Positions 13,801-28,800 of a stretch of 64,000 nucleotides of DNA are shown in pieces. This DNA is from Antedon mediterranea. Its lineage: Eukaryota > Animalia > Echinodermata. The translations under genes were made by a program, and so were the position numbers. The stretch lies in the NCBI RefSeq assembly GCF_964355755.1, contig NC_092680.1, positions 16,501,045 through 16,565,044 of the forward strand, given 5' to 3'. Under the pieces are notes generated by a model that worked only from the letters and a program-made list of their open reading frames with translations, ran no database searches and had not been told where the DNA came from. The number at the start of each line of letters is the position of its first letter. The first letter of the stretch is position 1.

Positions 13801-16800
13801 GATAGCCAATAGAAATATATAAATCTAACTAATGAAATTAATGGTTTCTTTGATTCCAGTTTGACACGTGGCAGTGGTATATTTGGTGAAGTAATTATCA
13901 ATTGGCAGTTAGATCCACGAGATGAAAGTGTTTTTGCTCAAGCCTTCGGCTCTGTAGAGTTCAGCGATGGTCAAGCCGACGCATTTATCCAATTACAGGT
14001 AGAGTAATAGTTTGTGAACTCTTTTCTTGATTTAATTGTTGTAGAAAACAATAAATTATGTGGGTGTTTGCTACAGTGTCTTGCAATGCAATACAGAACA
14101 ACACTTTGTGAAACTTAAACTAGGTTCACTAGTCATTTCATGAAAAAAAAAAAATATTTTGAGATTTTATAAAGCCTAGCCAAACCAAAGAGGATGCTAT
14201 CTCTTTTTAAAAATACTTCCAAACATACATGACACTATTTAAAAAAAATCTTAGTTAACAAAATCTATTAAAGGAAATAGTAGGTATGCCAGACACTTTC
14301 CAAGGGTAGATAAAGATGTGTTTCATCTTTGGTTAAAGTTAAAGAGGCCTTGTAGAGCCTAAGTAGTAAATGTATGCACTGTAGGATGTTTTCATTTGCC
14401 ACAGAATTTGAATAAATTGCACCTTTAGCGGCCAATAGGTTATCACTCAAAATATGGGGGAATTCCTGCATTTATCAGGAGTTCAGTGGCTGTATTCACC
14501 AATAAATAAAATCACTCAATAAATATTTAAGTATTTCACTTAGTTAGGATATTTTTCGTAATTTTTAGTGTGAATGGTGAATACAGCCACTGGAATCTGT
14601 ATCAGGGTCATCTCAATCGTACAGTTTCATAGCCTTTATGCAATTTCTGAGATGTGTCATTTAATATGTTGGTATTTTTTTTTAGACTTTGGATGATAAT
14701 TTACCTGAGCTGAAGCAAGTGTACACACTGCGCCTTTCATCTGTTGTGGGTGGAGCTACCATTGATAGTTCAAACAATGCTGATAGGGCAAGCATCACTG
14801 TTGTAGCCAGTGATAACCCACATGGGGTGTTTGAGTTCGCAGGTCAACAGGAAGTACTTGTATCTGAGGACAGTCTGCAGGTAAGTGATATTTATTCATA
14901 CACACAGTTTATTTTCTGTAAATAAACTATGGTAAAACAAGTTTAAAGTTGATATTTTTTGGAGTTGATATATTTTGATTGTTATTTATTTAGAATATGT
15001 TATTATATATTGATTTAATTAAATGTTTTATTCTAAAGTTGAGTTTGGAAGTTGTGCGCAATGCTGGCAGCATTGGTGTTGTTCATGTTGTTTACACCAC
15101 TATCCAAGGAACAGCATCAGAAATAGAAGATTTTGATTCAAAATCAGGATGTAAGTGTGATTATTATAAATAACAACAATTTTGTTACACAACCTTTGTT
15201 AAAAGTGAATTGGTTTGTGCAATCTTAATGATGTACTCAATTATAGTACTGATATGCCCAAATATGGTAGTAAGTGATATGACATCATCGTGTCCATATA
15301 TGAGCACATCACATTTTTTTGCACAAAGTTTGATAGTGTAGACAGAGCTCTATATTTTGCTTTTTGTGTGACAAAATTATGGGTGCACTTTCATGTAAAT
15401 AACTGTAGTTATATTTTTGTTCCCAGCCCTTATCTTCAATGATGGGGATGATACACAGAACATTGTCATCAACTTGAAGTCCGACGATGTCCCAGAAGGA
15501 CCAGAGGACTTCTATGTTAATCTTACATCCCTCCAGTTAAGGTCACCAAGGTAAATCATCTTCTTCTATTTAGGAGCAAACTTCATTGTTGAAGTCTACT
15601 GCTCCACTGGTTCTAGGTTTTGCTATTGTTCTATGCATACTATACACACAGCTAATAATCTTAGTATTTTCTTCAAACTGGCACTTTTATTAGTAATAAT
15701 AATAAAATTAATAAAGGGTAAAACATTTATGGACGATCCCTTTAATTCTCCTAGTCTCCAAAAGATCCCCTTCCGCATCTTTCGCAATCTTGAACAACTT
15801 CCTTGGTGGCAAAATAAACATACACATTTACCCCACCACAGTCCTCCAGGTGTCCAAAATTAATTTTATTATCTATTTCAGTGGTAATGATTACAGCGAC
15901 CAAGGTGGCTTACAACTTGATATGCCTCCCATCCTTGGAGACTTATCGGTCAAGACTGTTATTATTGAGAAGAATGACAACGCTGAAGGTGTGATTGAAT
16001 TCGCAGCGGAAACATTTGAGGGTAAGTTACACGATGACAAATGTATTATTGGGTTTTTCCATCTAGAAAAGTAGAGAAATGATCAATAAGTACCAATGTA
16101 TGTATGTTAGGTGCCGTGCATACTTGACTTAAGGCAGATAATTTGAGATCATTATATATATATAATATTTATAATTATTTAAATGTGGTGCTTATTCACC
16201 TAATTACCTTCTAAATTATCTGTGCATTTAAGGTCACTTCACAGCTTTCACATATGTTCTTTTTAATGAGATGATTTTGAAAACACAATGAATGTTTGTT
16301 CAATGTTAGTTTTAATCCTTTTATTGCAAGTATGAATAAAAATGTTATTTAACATTGTAAAAAAAATATATATGCTTTATTGTTGTTTATTCTTTGTATT
16401 TAATTATTTAACTATTTAGTGCAAGAAAGTGTGGGTTCGGCAATGGTACCTTTAATCAGAAGTGGTGGTTCTTTCGGCATAGTCAGTGTTGCATTTACAT
16501 CTGTTGGAGGTACTGCCATACCAAGTGGTGTCGACTACATCCTAACTGATGGTGAGGCAATATTTCTTGATGGTCAATCTACCGCTTACATCAATGTCAA
16601 CATCATCGATGACCAAATCAAAGAGTTTGCAGAATCATTTCAAATAACACTGACACATACTGAAGGTGGTGCTACACTTGGGCAGCAAAAGTTTTTGACT
16701 GCAACAGTGACCATTGCAAAGAGTGACGGACCAGATGGATTTATTGGGTTTATACCAGCTGATCTGTCAAGGATTATACCAAACCCATCATTGAATCGGG

Positions 16801-19800
16801 AAATGGTGTTCACAATAGAGCTATCAGGTGGAATAGATCAGTTCCTTACAGGAGCAGAGGTAAAATATGAATTTTATTTATTTATTTATTTTTTTTATTT
16901 TAACCATATTTAATCCATCCAGCATTTGCTGATCATTCGGGACCCTCAGAACAGATACAATATACAAAATACAGCAAAAACAGAAAAGTAAAAGAAAAAC
17001 AAAAACCAAAAAATATAATTAATTACATAAGACTAAAAATCTGAATAAGAAAATTTGAAATATAGAAAATAACGGAAATGTTAAATTAAGCAAAAATATA
17101 TAATATATATAATAAATATTTATTTAGATCTACTATTTTACAATTTAAATTCTGGAAAAGGATTACATAGATTACTTGTTAAAGAGGTTAAAGGTTCGAG
17201 TCTTAGGGGAGGCTATACAGAACATTTTTTTCTTATCCTCTGGAATGTATGTTCTTAAAACAATACTAGCAATAGACAAGGTTGTATATGTATATTGTCT
17301 AAAAGGTTGATTGGACAAGAGACAATTTTGATGCTCACCATTATAATATAACTATTTATTTTGTAGCTAAAAACAACAAATATATGAAATATAAACATAC
17401 ATAAATGTGTGACGACATATTTTGCCAATAAGAGGCATAACTAAGAATAAAAATGGTTATAACCATTTTTATTCTTAGTTATAATGCCTCTTATTGGCAA
17501 AATTAAAAAATAGATATATCTATAAATAATTTTGTTTTGTTGCTATATAGGTGAAGTGGAGGATTCTGGGTCCAAATTCTGAATCTGTTCTCCAACAAAC
17601 CAATGACATTTCAACATCAACAAGCCAACTTCAAGGGTCGCTGACCTTTGCCTCGGGTGAAAGGACAACAAAGAGTTTCACATTGGTTGTTAAGCCTTAT
17701 CCTGGCCCTGAGGTGGAAGAGACATACATCATAGAGATTTACCAATTGGTTGGAGCGGGTGAAGTAACAGAAGAGAATTCTAGGGCTCAGTTAAAGGTAA
17801 TGGTTCATTCCCTTATTTACAATTTTAAATGTTCAATTGGATTTTATAAGAACAACAACTATTATTATTTTCACAGTGTAAAGATGTTTTCCAAGTGAAG
17901 AGTGAAATGTTAAATTAAATGTTATGATTTAATAAGAAACAAAACATTGAATCGTGTGACTAATTGTTTAGATTATAAAGAATAATTAGTTTAATAATGT
18001 TATTTTTTTATTCAGATTTTGAAGTTTGGTGATCCCAATGGTATTGTACAATTCTATGCTGACTCGTTACAAACACGCTCATTCAGTGAACCTGCAGGCA
18101 GCACTGGTAGCTCACCCGCAGTCTTCCCTATAAGACGTCGAGAGGGAACCATTGGAGATGTGCTAGTAAGTTCTGTAAAACATAAACATTTTAAATAAAC
18201 TTCTTAAAAGCATAATTATAAGCCAAAAGAAAGAACATCATATTATGTATTTGTGAATGTAACATGTAGTATAAAAATGTACATTCACTATAATAAACCT
18301 TAATGACGTATTTTTGGATTCACTTCCAGGTGTATTGGGAGGTTAGAAATACATTTGGTGATAGTTCATCAGATGTGTCGCCCTCAAGTGGTTCAGTTGA
18401 AATTCTTGATGGAATAGCCTCCTCTCAGATTACTATTAACATTCTTGCTGATCAAATGCCAGAGCTGAGAGAAGAGCTCCAGATAATCTTGGTCTCTGTA
18501 GATGGAGGGGCAGAAATTGATCCAAATTTCAATGTTTCAACTTTTTTCATTGAGTGAGTAACCACACAAATTGCTTCTTTGAGCTGCATGGTATCTGCCT
18601 CAGACCTCTGGTCAAGGTGGGCACTGGACGAGAGAAGCCCTTGATCAATGTCAGGACCAATTAAGGTGCTTTAAACTCTCCTGGCTTTGTTTGTATCAAA
18701 CCTGTTAGTGGCGGTAATTATCGCTGTTGGTTTCGATTGAATAAAATAAAAAATAAACATAAAATCACATTACAGAGTGTGGCTATTACTAATAATAACT
18801 TTTTTTTTATTGCCAGTCACAATACCCAACTATAGATGATGCCTATGGCCGATTATACACACCTACAGGTCCATAGCAGCCACAGATTGCAGTGCCTGCC
18901 ATGGTCAGTTCAATTAATTGTATTTATATTGTATTGCATTAATATATTTATTTCTTTAATCCATAGACCAAGTGATGACCCACACGGCTTGTTCAGTGTT
19001 GAGGATGATCTTCAGACTGTCTTGATAAAAGAAGATGGAACCAGGTATCTAAAAGTTGTGGTTACACGTGAAGCTGGAACTGAAGGTCAAGTTAGGGTCG
19101 ATTTTACTCTTGCATATGATCAGGTATTTGTGACTGCACTTATTTTTGGTAAATATGGGATCTACTGACTCATGATGACATTTAGGATGTCTTTGTTCAA
19201 ATGAGCAGTTTTCAGTTATAACCCTCTTTTATAAATCCTATGTATGGCAATAATTAACTATTAATTAATTATTTTTTAGGCTGAGCCAGGAATCGAATAC
19301 ATACAAAACACTGCCACTGTAGTCTGTTCCAATGGCCAATCAGAGGTAAGCTTTTATCAATTTGTTATTCAACATAAAATTCCATACACCAAAATTAGTT
19401 GTGAAAAGATTTGAAGAAAATCACTTTTTATTACATGTTGTAAATATTATGTTCATACGTATCAAATTATTTTCATTTTCTTTTTTTATAGTGTATTGCT
19501 GAAATTCTGTTGGTCAGTAACAATGTATTTTTAGCTCGAGACAGCACGTTTACCGTTAGTCTGACATCTGTGGAGTATGTGGGAGTTCGTAAGTTGTTAA
19601 TTTTAGTATCCTATTAAGTGGCTATATAACTGTGTCTGAAACAATCCTATATATGGCTCAGGATGTCAGAGAAGCGGTGCCAACGATCATGTGCCAACCA
19701 AACTGTTTTAAATCTTTACATCCATTATTTGCTGTTACTCCATCCATATCAGTTTTTGCCCTCCTCTTGATTGTTGTCTTGCACATTCCTTATTAAAATG

Positions 19801-22800
19801 CCTCGTATAGTCGCTGATGTCTAGCGATATGTTTGAAATAATAAAACATGCATTTTCAGAGTAAAAAGTGTTTATTATTCGTAATGGTTGTTTACTTTCA
19901 GCTTACATTCCTCCAGTGGTCAAGCCTGGTGGTGGTTCTGCCACAATCTTAGTGACGCAAGAAGTTGCAAACTCATTTGTGGGCTTTGATTTAAATGAAA
20001 TTATTGTGAATGAAGGTATTTTGAATATAATCTTAATTGATATTTTAATTAATCATGATTAAATTAGCATCAGTAGTAAGTTTTTAAAAGCAGAAAGAAA
20101 TACATTGTGTCGTTCTTTTCTAAATGCTATAAACTAATTGGGAAAACTAAAAACAAGCAGTTTTAGAATTAATGACTTAAGAAATGTGAGCTGCCTAATA
20201 TTAAAAGCAACCTATTTACACTGTCTTATGAATACATTTTCAGAGACATACCAAACTTTCTTGACCATTGAGAGAATTGGTTCGTACGGCAGCATGACAG
20301 TGTCTTGGACAGCTGGCTACCCACCAGGTCAGTTACCAGCAGGATTTACTCCTGGTAACATCATCCCTAGTAATGGTCAAGTGGTGTTTGATGATGGACA
20401 AGCTGTCGAAACTATTTCTATACTAGTAAGCTACCTTTCCTTTCTTTTTTTCTGTCCATCTTTTTTTGGAGTAGAGTAGATGCTTGTCTACCGATTCCAG
20501 GGTCCTGGGTTCAAGCCTTTCAGTCACACACTTTTAATAAGACTTATAATAAGACTGTTTATGTAGAACATCCTGTGTATATCTTTGGGATACTACCTTT
20601 GAGGACATTGAATGAAATCACTATGGCTATCCTTAGAAAAATTCCTAAATTGAGAATAATGTATATTTTGTAATACTGTATGTTAACAATGATAAAACCA
20701 TGACTCAATTATTTGCATGAACAAAATATGAATTTTCTGTATGCAGTGCCTCATTGCCATTTAATGTTTAAGCCATTCTAGTATACAACATTAAAACAAA
20801 TACTACTTAGTACTTTTACCAAGTTTTTATAGTATATACTTAATAATAATACTGTTAATAATAATAAGTATATAATATATTATATAAAATAACTCTTGCT
20901 TTTACTAATTTGCAAATGATATATTTCATTCTGATACAGCTTAATCCAACTGCTTCTGCCTCGGAGCTCTTTACTGTGTTTCTCAACGTTATCGACACGT
21001 CTGTTGATGGTGGAGCTCGCCTCCGGGATGGTTATATCACTGCGGAAATTGAAAAGCATGGTGTTGTTGGATTTGCAGATAATTCTCGATCAATGTCAGT
21101 AACTGAAGTTAATGGACAGGTAAGCCTAATTTTGTGAATAATATTACAAATTTATAACTTTGTGTGTTGTGATAAAATGTGTTAATTAAAGCATTTTAAA
21201 GTAGGCCAAACAAAATGTTGGTTTCCCAAGCACAGCATACAAATTAAAAACAGCCAGGTAAGCATAACAATTATGAATATAAATGTTTAAATACTATATT
21301 AAATTATTTTAAAATATCAATCATCCTATTCATATTTTCACATTATTTTCTTCTAGATTTCATTAACGCTTGAGAGAAATCTTGGAACATTTGACAACAT
21401 CTTGGTTCGTTACATCACATACGCTTACACTGCACTACCTGGACAAGACTATCAGGAGATCGTTGATGGCGCTGTTACTTTTGGCAACATGGAGCGTTCT
21501 GCAACAATCTTTATAACTCTAATTGAGGAAGAGAATCCTGAACTACCAGAGGTGTTCTTTGTCAACATCACTAGTACAAGAGTGTCAACTGCTTCTGCAC
21601 CAGGTCTGCAATAGCTTTCAGATCATTTTACTTATTTATATTTTGACCTAGCATACAAATACATGATATTTTACTAGTAAAACCCCTGTTCAATGGACGC
21701 CTTTGGGGTCCGTATTAATAGATGTGTCTAGAGAATTGAGATTAGCCATAGTGGTAAAACATATATTTTCCCTGGTTCATTTCACAGGATAGTCCCTATG
21801 ATGCCCTACTGTATGTTTTCTTAAGTACATCTATTTAATTAAAAATTTAATTTAATAATAGACACGTTTCGCGCTCGCGACCAATCAGAAATAGTGGGTA
21901 TAGATTTGTAAACAAACCGAACACCTCTCGCCTAAGTGCGTGTTGAAGCATAGCGAAATGGCGACTGCCGAGTGCTTTTGTTGCAAGGTGCATCATAAAT
22001 GTTGCATATGTTGGATAAATCGTGAATTTAACTACACAAAATCATTGAATAATATTCCTGTTTTTAATTTTCAAACACTTGCTGAGTGGTTTGCGTCGGC
22101 TCCGAAGGATAGTGGCGCAAAATCTTGGAATTTTTTTTTCGATGTGCTCGTGTCTCTCCGCCCGCCCGGTGGCGTTGCCTGATGCGGTACTTCGTCTACT
22201 AGGCCTAGGAGGCCTGGGTGTCTGTTTAAGCGCCGAAGAACATCACATAATACATGGAAGATGCAATAGGAGCATGAAGAAGAATGAAAAATAATAATTA
22301 ATATATTTACGCAACATTTGTAAATAAAATCAACAGTTAACATGTATTAAATGCACTGTAATATATATGTGTCAAACCAAAAATGACAATACATAAATAA
22401 AGTCGATGATTCCGAACCAAATGCCCAAATAATTCTACAGTGAATATAAAACATAAATAACATCCTTACCATGCCATTCCATCAAAAGGCTAGTTTTGAC
22501 GATGATCATCTCTCAGTTCTCCCATTTATTATTATTATTATAATAATACCTTAATGTTTTTTGTTTTTTTTGTTATAGGTATCAGTCCACGGATTAGTTC
22601 ATTGTACCCTGTTGCTGAAGTAACAATAGAAGCCAGCAATGATCCATATGGTGTATTCTACTTGACACCTGAATCTGTAGAAACAACAGAAAGCATTGAT
22701 GGATCATTTAAGCTGGTTACACTGGCAGCCATCAGAACAGGTATGTTGATAGCTTTTCAGAGATCAGATTATCATTCAAATAGAGCATACTATATCTTTG

Positions 22801-25800
22801 ATGTGAAGTCATCTTATTATATGTTTCAGCTTTCTCCCATTAAGCCTTGGCCAATATATAACATTATTTTTTTTTTATAGGTGGATCTTTCACTGAGCAG
22901 CGTATAACAGTCAGAACTGTAGGAGGTGGAGAGATTTGGGAGGATGCCCTCATTGGCCCTCAAACAGATACTATCAATACAATAAGTGATGCTTTGGCAG
23001 ATGCTCAGCTGAATGCAAATGCTGCAACACAAGGCTCTGACTATGAAGCATTTGAGCTAGAGCTGATCTTCTTTGGGGGTGAGACTGAAGAGACATTCCA
23101 GGTGAAACTTTATGATGATAATCTAGCAGAGCCTGCTGAAGTGTTCTTTGTATACCTTGTACAACCAGCAACAGGTGCTCGCATTGCTCAAGGTCAAACT
23201 GATGGAGGAAAAAAGGTAATACAAATATGAAATCTTTCAATTTGAATCATCTATGACAGATACTATGATGTCATGTTTTATTATTTTTTACTACATCAAC
23301 TCAATTCAACTTTATTGACACTTCATTATTTACTAAATATAGTAATAGTAAATTCTCTCTTAATAGTAAATTCTCTCTTAAATATGTATTTTAATTTAAT
23401 GTACTTATATTTCTATTCTTAGGGATTCAGTATGATCACAATTGCAGGCAGTGATGATCACAATGGTGAGATAGGCTTTGCATCTGGTTCAAGGCAGACA
23501 ACCATAGATGAAGATCTAGCACCCACTGTTATTCTTTATCTAAACCGAGGCTCAGCATTCTTTAACAATGTGACTGTGAACTGGCGAGCTATCAAGAGCT
23601 TAGCAACACCAACAGATGAAGGTTTAAATGAACAACTGCTTTCTACAGAAGGTCAAATAATTTGCATTTCAGGTCAAGCTCAGTGTGAACTACCAATCAC
23701 ATTACAGGAAGATGATGTAAGTTTTGTAACTAAAGTTTGTTTCAATATTGAAAGTAATCCACATTTGTAGATCTTTTATGAAACAACATGGAGTTTATTT
23801 TCTTTGTTTTGCTTTTATAAAATAAAAATTATATTTTAAAGTTGATTAATATTTCAGTTCCAAAAACATATAGTTAATATACAGATAAATAAGCCAACAT
23901 TAAAATAATCTGGAGACATCAACCATCATTATGGAAAGAAATTTAAATTGCATGCAAATGTTTATACTTGGTATGCTTTCTTGACAGGAACCTGAGTTTG
24001 CCAGCTTTTTTCTGGTGGAATTGTTGTCGGTAGGACAAGGTGCAGTCATCCAGGAAGAGGCAAAATATGCCAACATTAGCGTGCTAGAAAGTGACTATCC
24101 TTACGGAATATTTAGATTTTCTACAGAAACAAGGTAAGAGTAGTATTGAGATTTTGCAATGAATCATCATTAAAATAAGATTCTCTGCTTTTGTGTAGTA
24201 TTCACAATTATACTAATGAATGTTGTTTAGTTCCTTAAATTCTACCGCATAGTCAATGGAAATATTGCTGGCTGTATCAGTGTAACAAATTCAGAATTTT
24301 TAATATAAATAATTTAATTAACAGAATTCAATCAACTTACTACAAATCAAACATAGTAGGCCTGACAGTCCAAAGGGAGAGCGGTAGTACAAAGGAGGTG
24401 ACAATCAGCTGGAGTACAAGACAGCTTACAGACAGTATAGAATGGGGTGGAGTTCAGACTCAACCTGCTATTGAAGATGCTGACTATGCACCTGATGAAG
24501 GAGTCATTAGTTTTGCTGTAGGGCAGGTAACATAATGTGTTCTTTTAGATAGAATTTTCTTTATTTATACACTAGTTGGAAGATGTATGTAATTGTTATT
24601 ATATTAAATTGCAAGGAAAGTTAATACAATCAGACTATTTTCAATATTTGGCCAATAAATACTCTTTTATTCCCTTTGATTTTACAGAGGAGTGCATCTA
24701 TTGACATCATAATCTTGTCATCAACACCTGCATCGTCTGATACTTGGCCAAAGCAATTTCAGGTGGTACTGTCCAATCCCACTGGTGGAGCAAGGTAAAT
24801 TAATTGAGTATTCTTCATGCAGTAATCACTGCACTCAAATAAGAACAGTACAAAACAATCATTTTTCTACAAGTTACACCTAAGCATTGTGGTGGGTGTT
24901 AAAGCGTGGTTCCCACTAGCGACACAACACAAGGACGTAACGCAACGCAAGTGAATTGACCAATCACAAGCGATGGCTTTTTCGCTTGTGATTGCTAACT
25001 GTCTATAACTTCGCTTGTCATTGGTTAAAACGCTTGCGTTGCGTTTACGTCCTTGCGTTACGTTCTAGTGGGAACCAAGCTTAACAGTCAATAACCATGT
25101 GGTGCAGATGCAAGAACTCTTTTACTTTAGTCACATTTTAATGAATTTTTGTTGATGAATCTCATCAATATTTCATTAGTAATAATTATAATGATTGTGT
25201 CCTGGAAAAAAACTGTACTAGTTGCAATGGCCCTGGTATATAAAGATATATTTTTTGGCTTTTTACTGAAATACACACATTAATAATCTGTAAATATGGT
25301 ATTGATATATTCAACCTTATAAATGTACGTAATATTTCTGTATTCATAGCATTGATGAAGAAGAAAAAACAGCATACATAACACTTGTTGAAGATGAGGA
25401 CACCAATGATGTTTGGGATACATGGAAACAGGCTTTGACAGACTTGTCTGATGATGGTATAAATAGGTGAGTGTGAACAGGCTTGCTTATCAATTCCATT
25501 GCATTGATCTATCTAAAGGACAGTGGCAAATATTGGGTTGTACTTCAGGGAGGACACTGCCATAAGCTCATACAAGTATCGAGGTGTCATGATAAAGGGC
25601 CCACACATTAGTTTTTACAATGTGTAGGTCTTATTATAGGAACAGTACACAAAGTGAGTTTTTAGTTAGCTGTACTATTAATCATATTCAAATATTTATT
25701 TGATATTTCTTTAGAATTCTTCAGTCTGTTATGAATCAAATTCGAAATGAGCTGACAGAAGAACAACTTGCTGTTACCATAGAAACTTTAAACAATGTTA

Positions 25801-28800
25801 TTGGGGAGGCTGAGCGAAGATTGTAAGTACAATGCTTTAATTTAAAGATTCCACACTTGGACTATTAAACATTACCCATCTACGGCAACTGTTTTGTAAA
25901 GTTTAAATTGGTTTTCTTTGTTTTGTTTTTTAAATCTCATTTCAAAATAAATTCATTCATTTTACATTTGTTTAGTTAAGAATAACTGTGATCCTCGTTA
26001 GAAGCAAAAGCTCATGAGGGCCCTTACAATACATATGATGAACAGAAAATCTGAAAACAACAACAACATATAATAAATAATGTTTTTGTATTTTAATTTC
26101 TTTCATGTTAGGCTACCAGCCAATCTTCAACAAGACATGATGGATGTTTACTGTGAGCTCATGAATCCTGACCGATCTGACACCAGGTTAGAAACAATAA
26201 CTGTCTTATTTATCAACTTTTTGTATTATAAGATCACACCTGTATGGAACTGGAATTTGATAAGTAAAATTAATTAGAGGAGTGGATCAAATATTCCATG
26301 GATGCTCATTGTTTTATCACATGCCTACTGTGAATGTTGAAGGCTATGTGGTAGGCCCATAAAAACATTTAGGACTCAGAGGCTGCTTTTCAAATGCAGT
26401 CACCACAAATCTGTTGGAAAGAAACTTATTTCATGACCCCTGTTCTGCTACAATAGCAAATAGAAATTGAAAGCCCAGAGCTACAATTGAAGTCTTAAGA
26501 CACATACACTGTGTTTGTAATTACATTATACATCATGTTATTTTATATCTTTTATAGGGGAGCTTTTGGATTGGCCGAATCTTTCACCTCATTTGCTTAC
26601 ACACTGTTAACAGATGCCGACTGTGAAACCGTTCAACCAAAGATCCTAGACTCGTGTTCACTGGCATATGTCCAGGTTGCTCGATGGCTTCCTGATAGTA
26701 TAAATGGACATTCATTTAATGGAAGGTCAGTAACAGTATTATAAAACTAATGCTATTAAAACATGCCCTGAAGAAGAAAGAAACTACAAAGAAGTTTTCT
26801 ATAAACATACACATAAAGCCACATAAATTGCATTCAAATCAAGATTAAGTGATTAAATTGAGTGGAGTTGTGGCTTAGTGGTTATGATGCTCAGCTACCA
26901 ATCCAAGGGTTGTGGGTAAAAGTCCTGTCACATGTCAGAATTTTTTCGAATGACAAATTACAACTCCACTCTCAAAGACTTGTAATTAGACTTTGTTTAT
27001 GTTGAGCATCTTGTGTATATGTTTGTCTTATGAACAGCATCACCATCTTATGAAGGATAGTGAATGAATTTGCTTATGGTTATCCTTGGCAATAAATCTA
27101 AATATAAACAGTCACATGTATATTTTATTATTGTGTGTTATTTTTGTTGTGTTATCCTTTTCTTTTAATCATCAAGATGTTAAATATGTAAATGTAACAT
27201 TTGTATTAAAAAATTATAAATAATTTACTAATATTTACAGAGGAAAAAATACATTTGCACTACCAAGCAACTTACTGATGGAAGATAATTCTGTGGGTAG
27301 AGGTGATGTTCCTGCAAGCGTTTGTGAAGATATACACTTTATTGAATACAGTTCTCAACAATGGTTCTATGGACTTACAGAGCCCACTACAGTTAATCAA
27401 CAGGTACATATACACATTGGTTCAGTTGGATAATAGCTATTTGTAGGACAACATTGTTGTAGGATGTTAACAAATTTTCTTTCATACAGTTTGGAATTAC
27501 AACTGTTTTTGTAGACGTGAATGCATCAAATAACATTTACGTATTTCTTTGTTGATATTTATTTTTTTAGGTTTTGTCTGTTGGAATAAAAGGGCGTGAA
27601 GATGAGTTCAGTAATCTTTTGAATCCAGTAACATATCGTGTTTACACTGAAGATGCTAGAGTTACACCTCTAGGAGCAGAGTGTGTGATCTTCAACGGAC
27701 CATCAGAAAGGTGGTTGTCTACTTTCTGTGAGGCCAAGGTAATAGAAAATTGTGATTGTCAAAATATCATATATGATATCACCATAAATTATTATAAAAA
27801 GATATATATATATATATTTAACTATAGCCAGTCACTATTACAATAATTATTATTATAACAAATTCATTTGAACAGTTTAGCTCGCCCAAATATATTATGT
27901 TTCCATTCAATGAGTAAGTTTATCAGTCCAATAAAAATTTCATTGTAATAAGAACTATTCTAATAAGCATGCTCTCAATACTATAGATATTAGTATTTTC
28001 ATTTCATTGAAGCTAATTGATTTATAGTAATGTTATCCGATACCCAATTATGAATACATTTATTTCACAGCGTATTGAGACTGGTTATGTCGAGTGTGAA
28101 TGTGACCATCTATCTGCGTTTGCTGTCTTAGCAGAGACGGATGATCTGGTTGGTTATAATACCTACATTTACATTTCATGTTTTATCACCATCGTCTGCC
28201 TCCTGATGGCGCTGTTAGCGCATCATGTCTGCTCAGTTCATACAATGTTTGCTGCCAAGTTGCTTATGCATCTCATCTTTGCTATCATGGCAACGGAGGT
28301 AAGATAAGTATTAAAGTCATCATAATGTTGTTCATCGCAGATGATTACTCAGATATATATGCTATTTTATTCATATGGTTGCAAAGCACGTTTTTAGACA
28401 GATGATAGGAAGCTTTTGAAATAGTGAAATGAGAGATTGACTGTCTTCTATGCCTCCAGTTATAAGCTGTTTCGATTTTTATGAGATATGATTGTCTCAA
28501 TATCCATTTCTGCGTCTTGTGTGCCTGTTCCGTGACATCACAGGTTCCCTCAAGGTCCCTCCTGCAAAGCCTGTCAAACTGCCGGTTTTAAAAGCTCGAA
28601 ATACTACACAGCCCCAGTTTACCTTTACCTTTTACACTATATGAAATATGGTTTTCAGAAAGGACTACTATTTTATTGCAAAATAAATAATGATATACCA
28701 TAAAATTGCCAAGTAAATTTATGAACATATATCACTCACACGCTATATATATTTGATTTATGTTTTTTGTTTTAGATCGTGTTTGTAGTTTCAGCGTATA

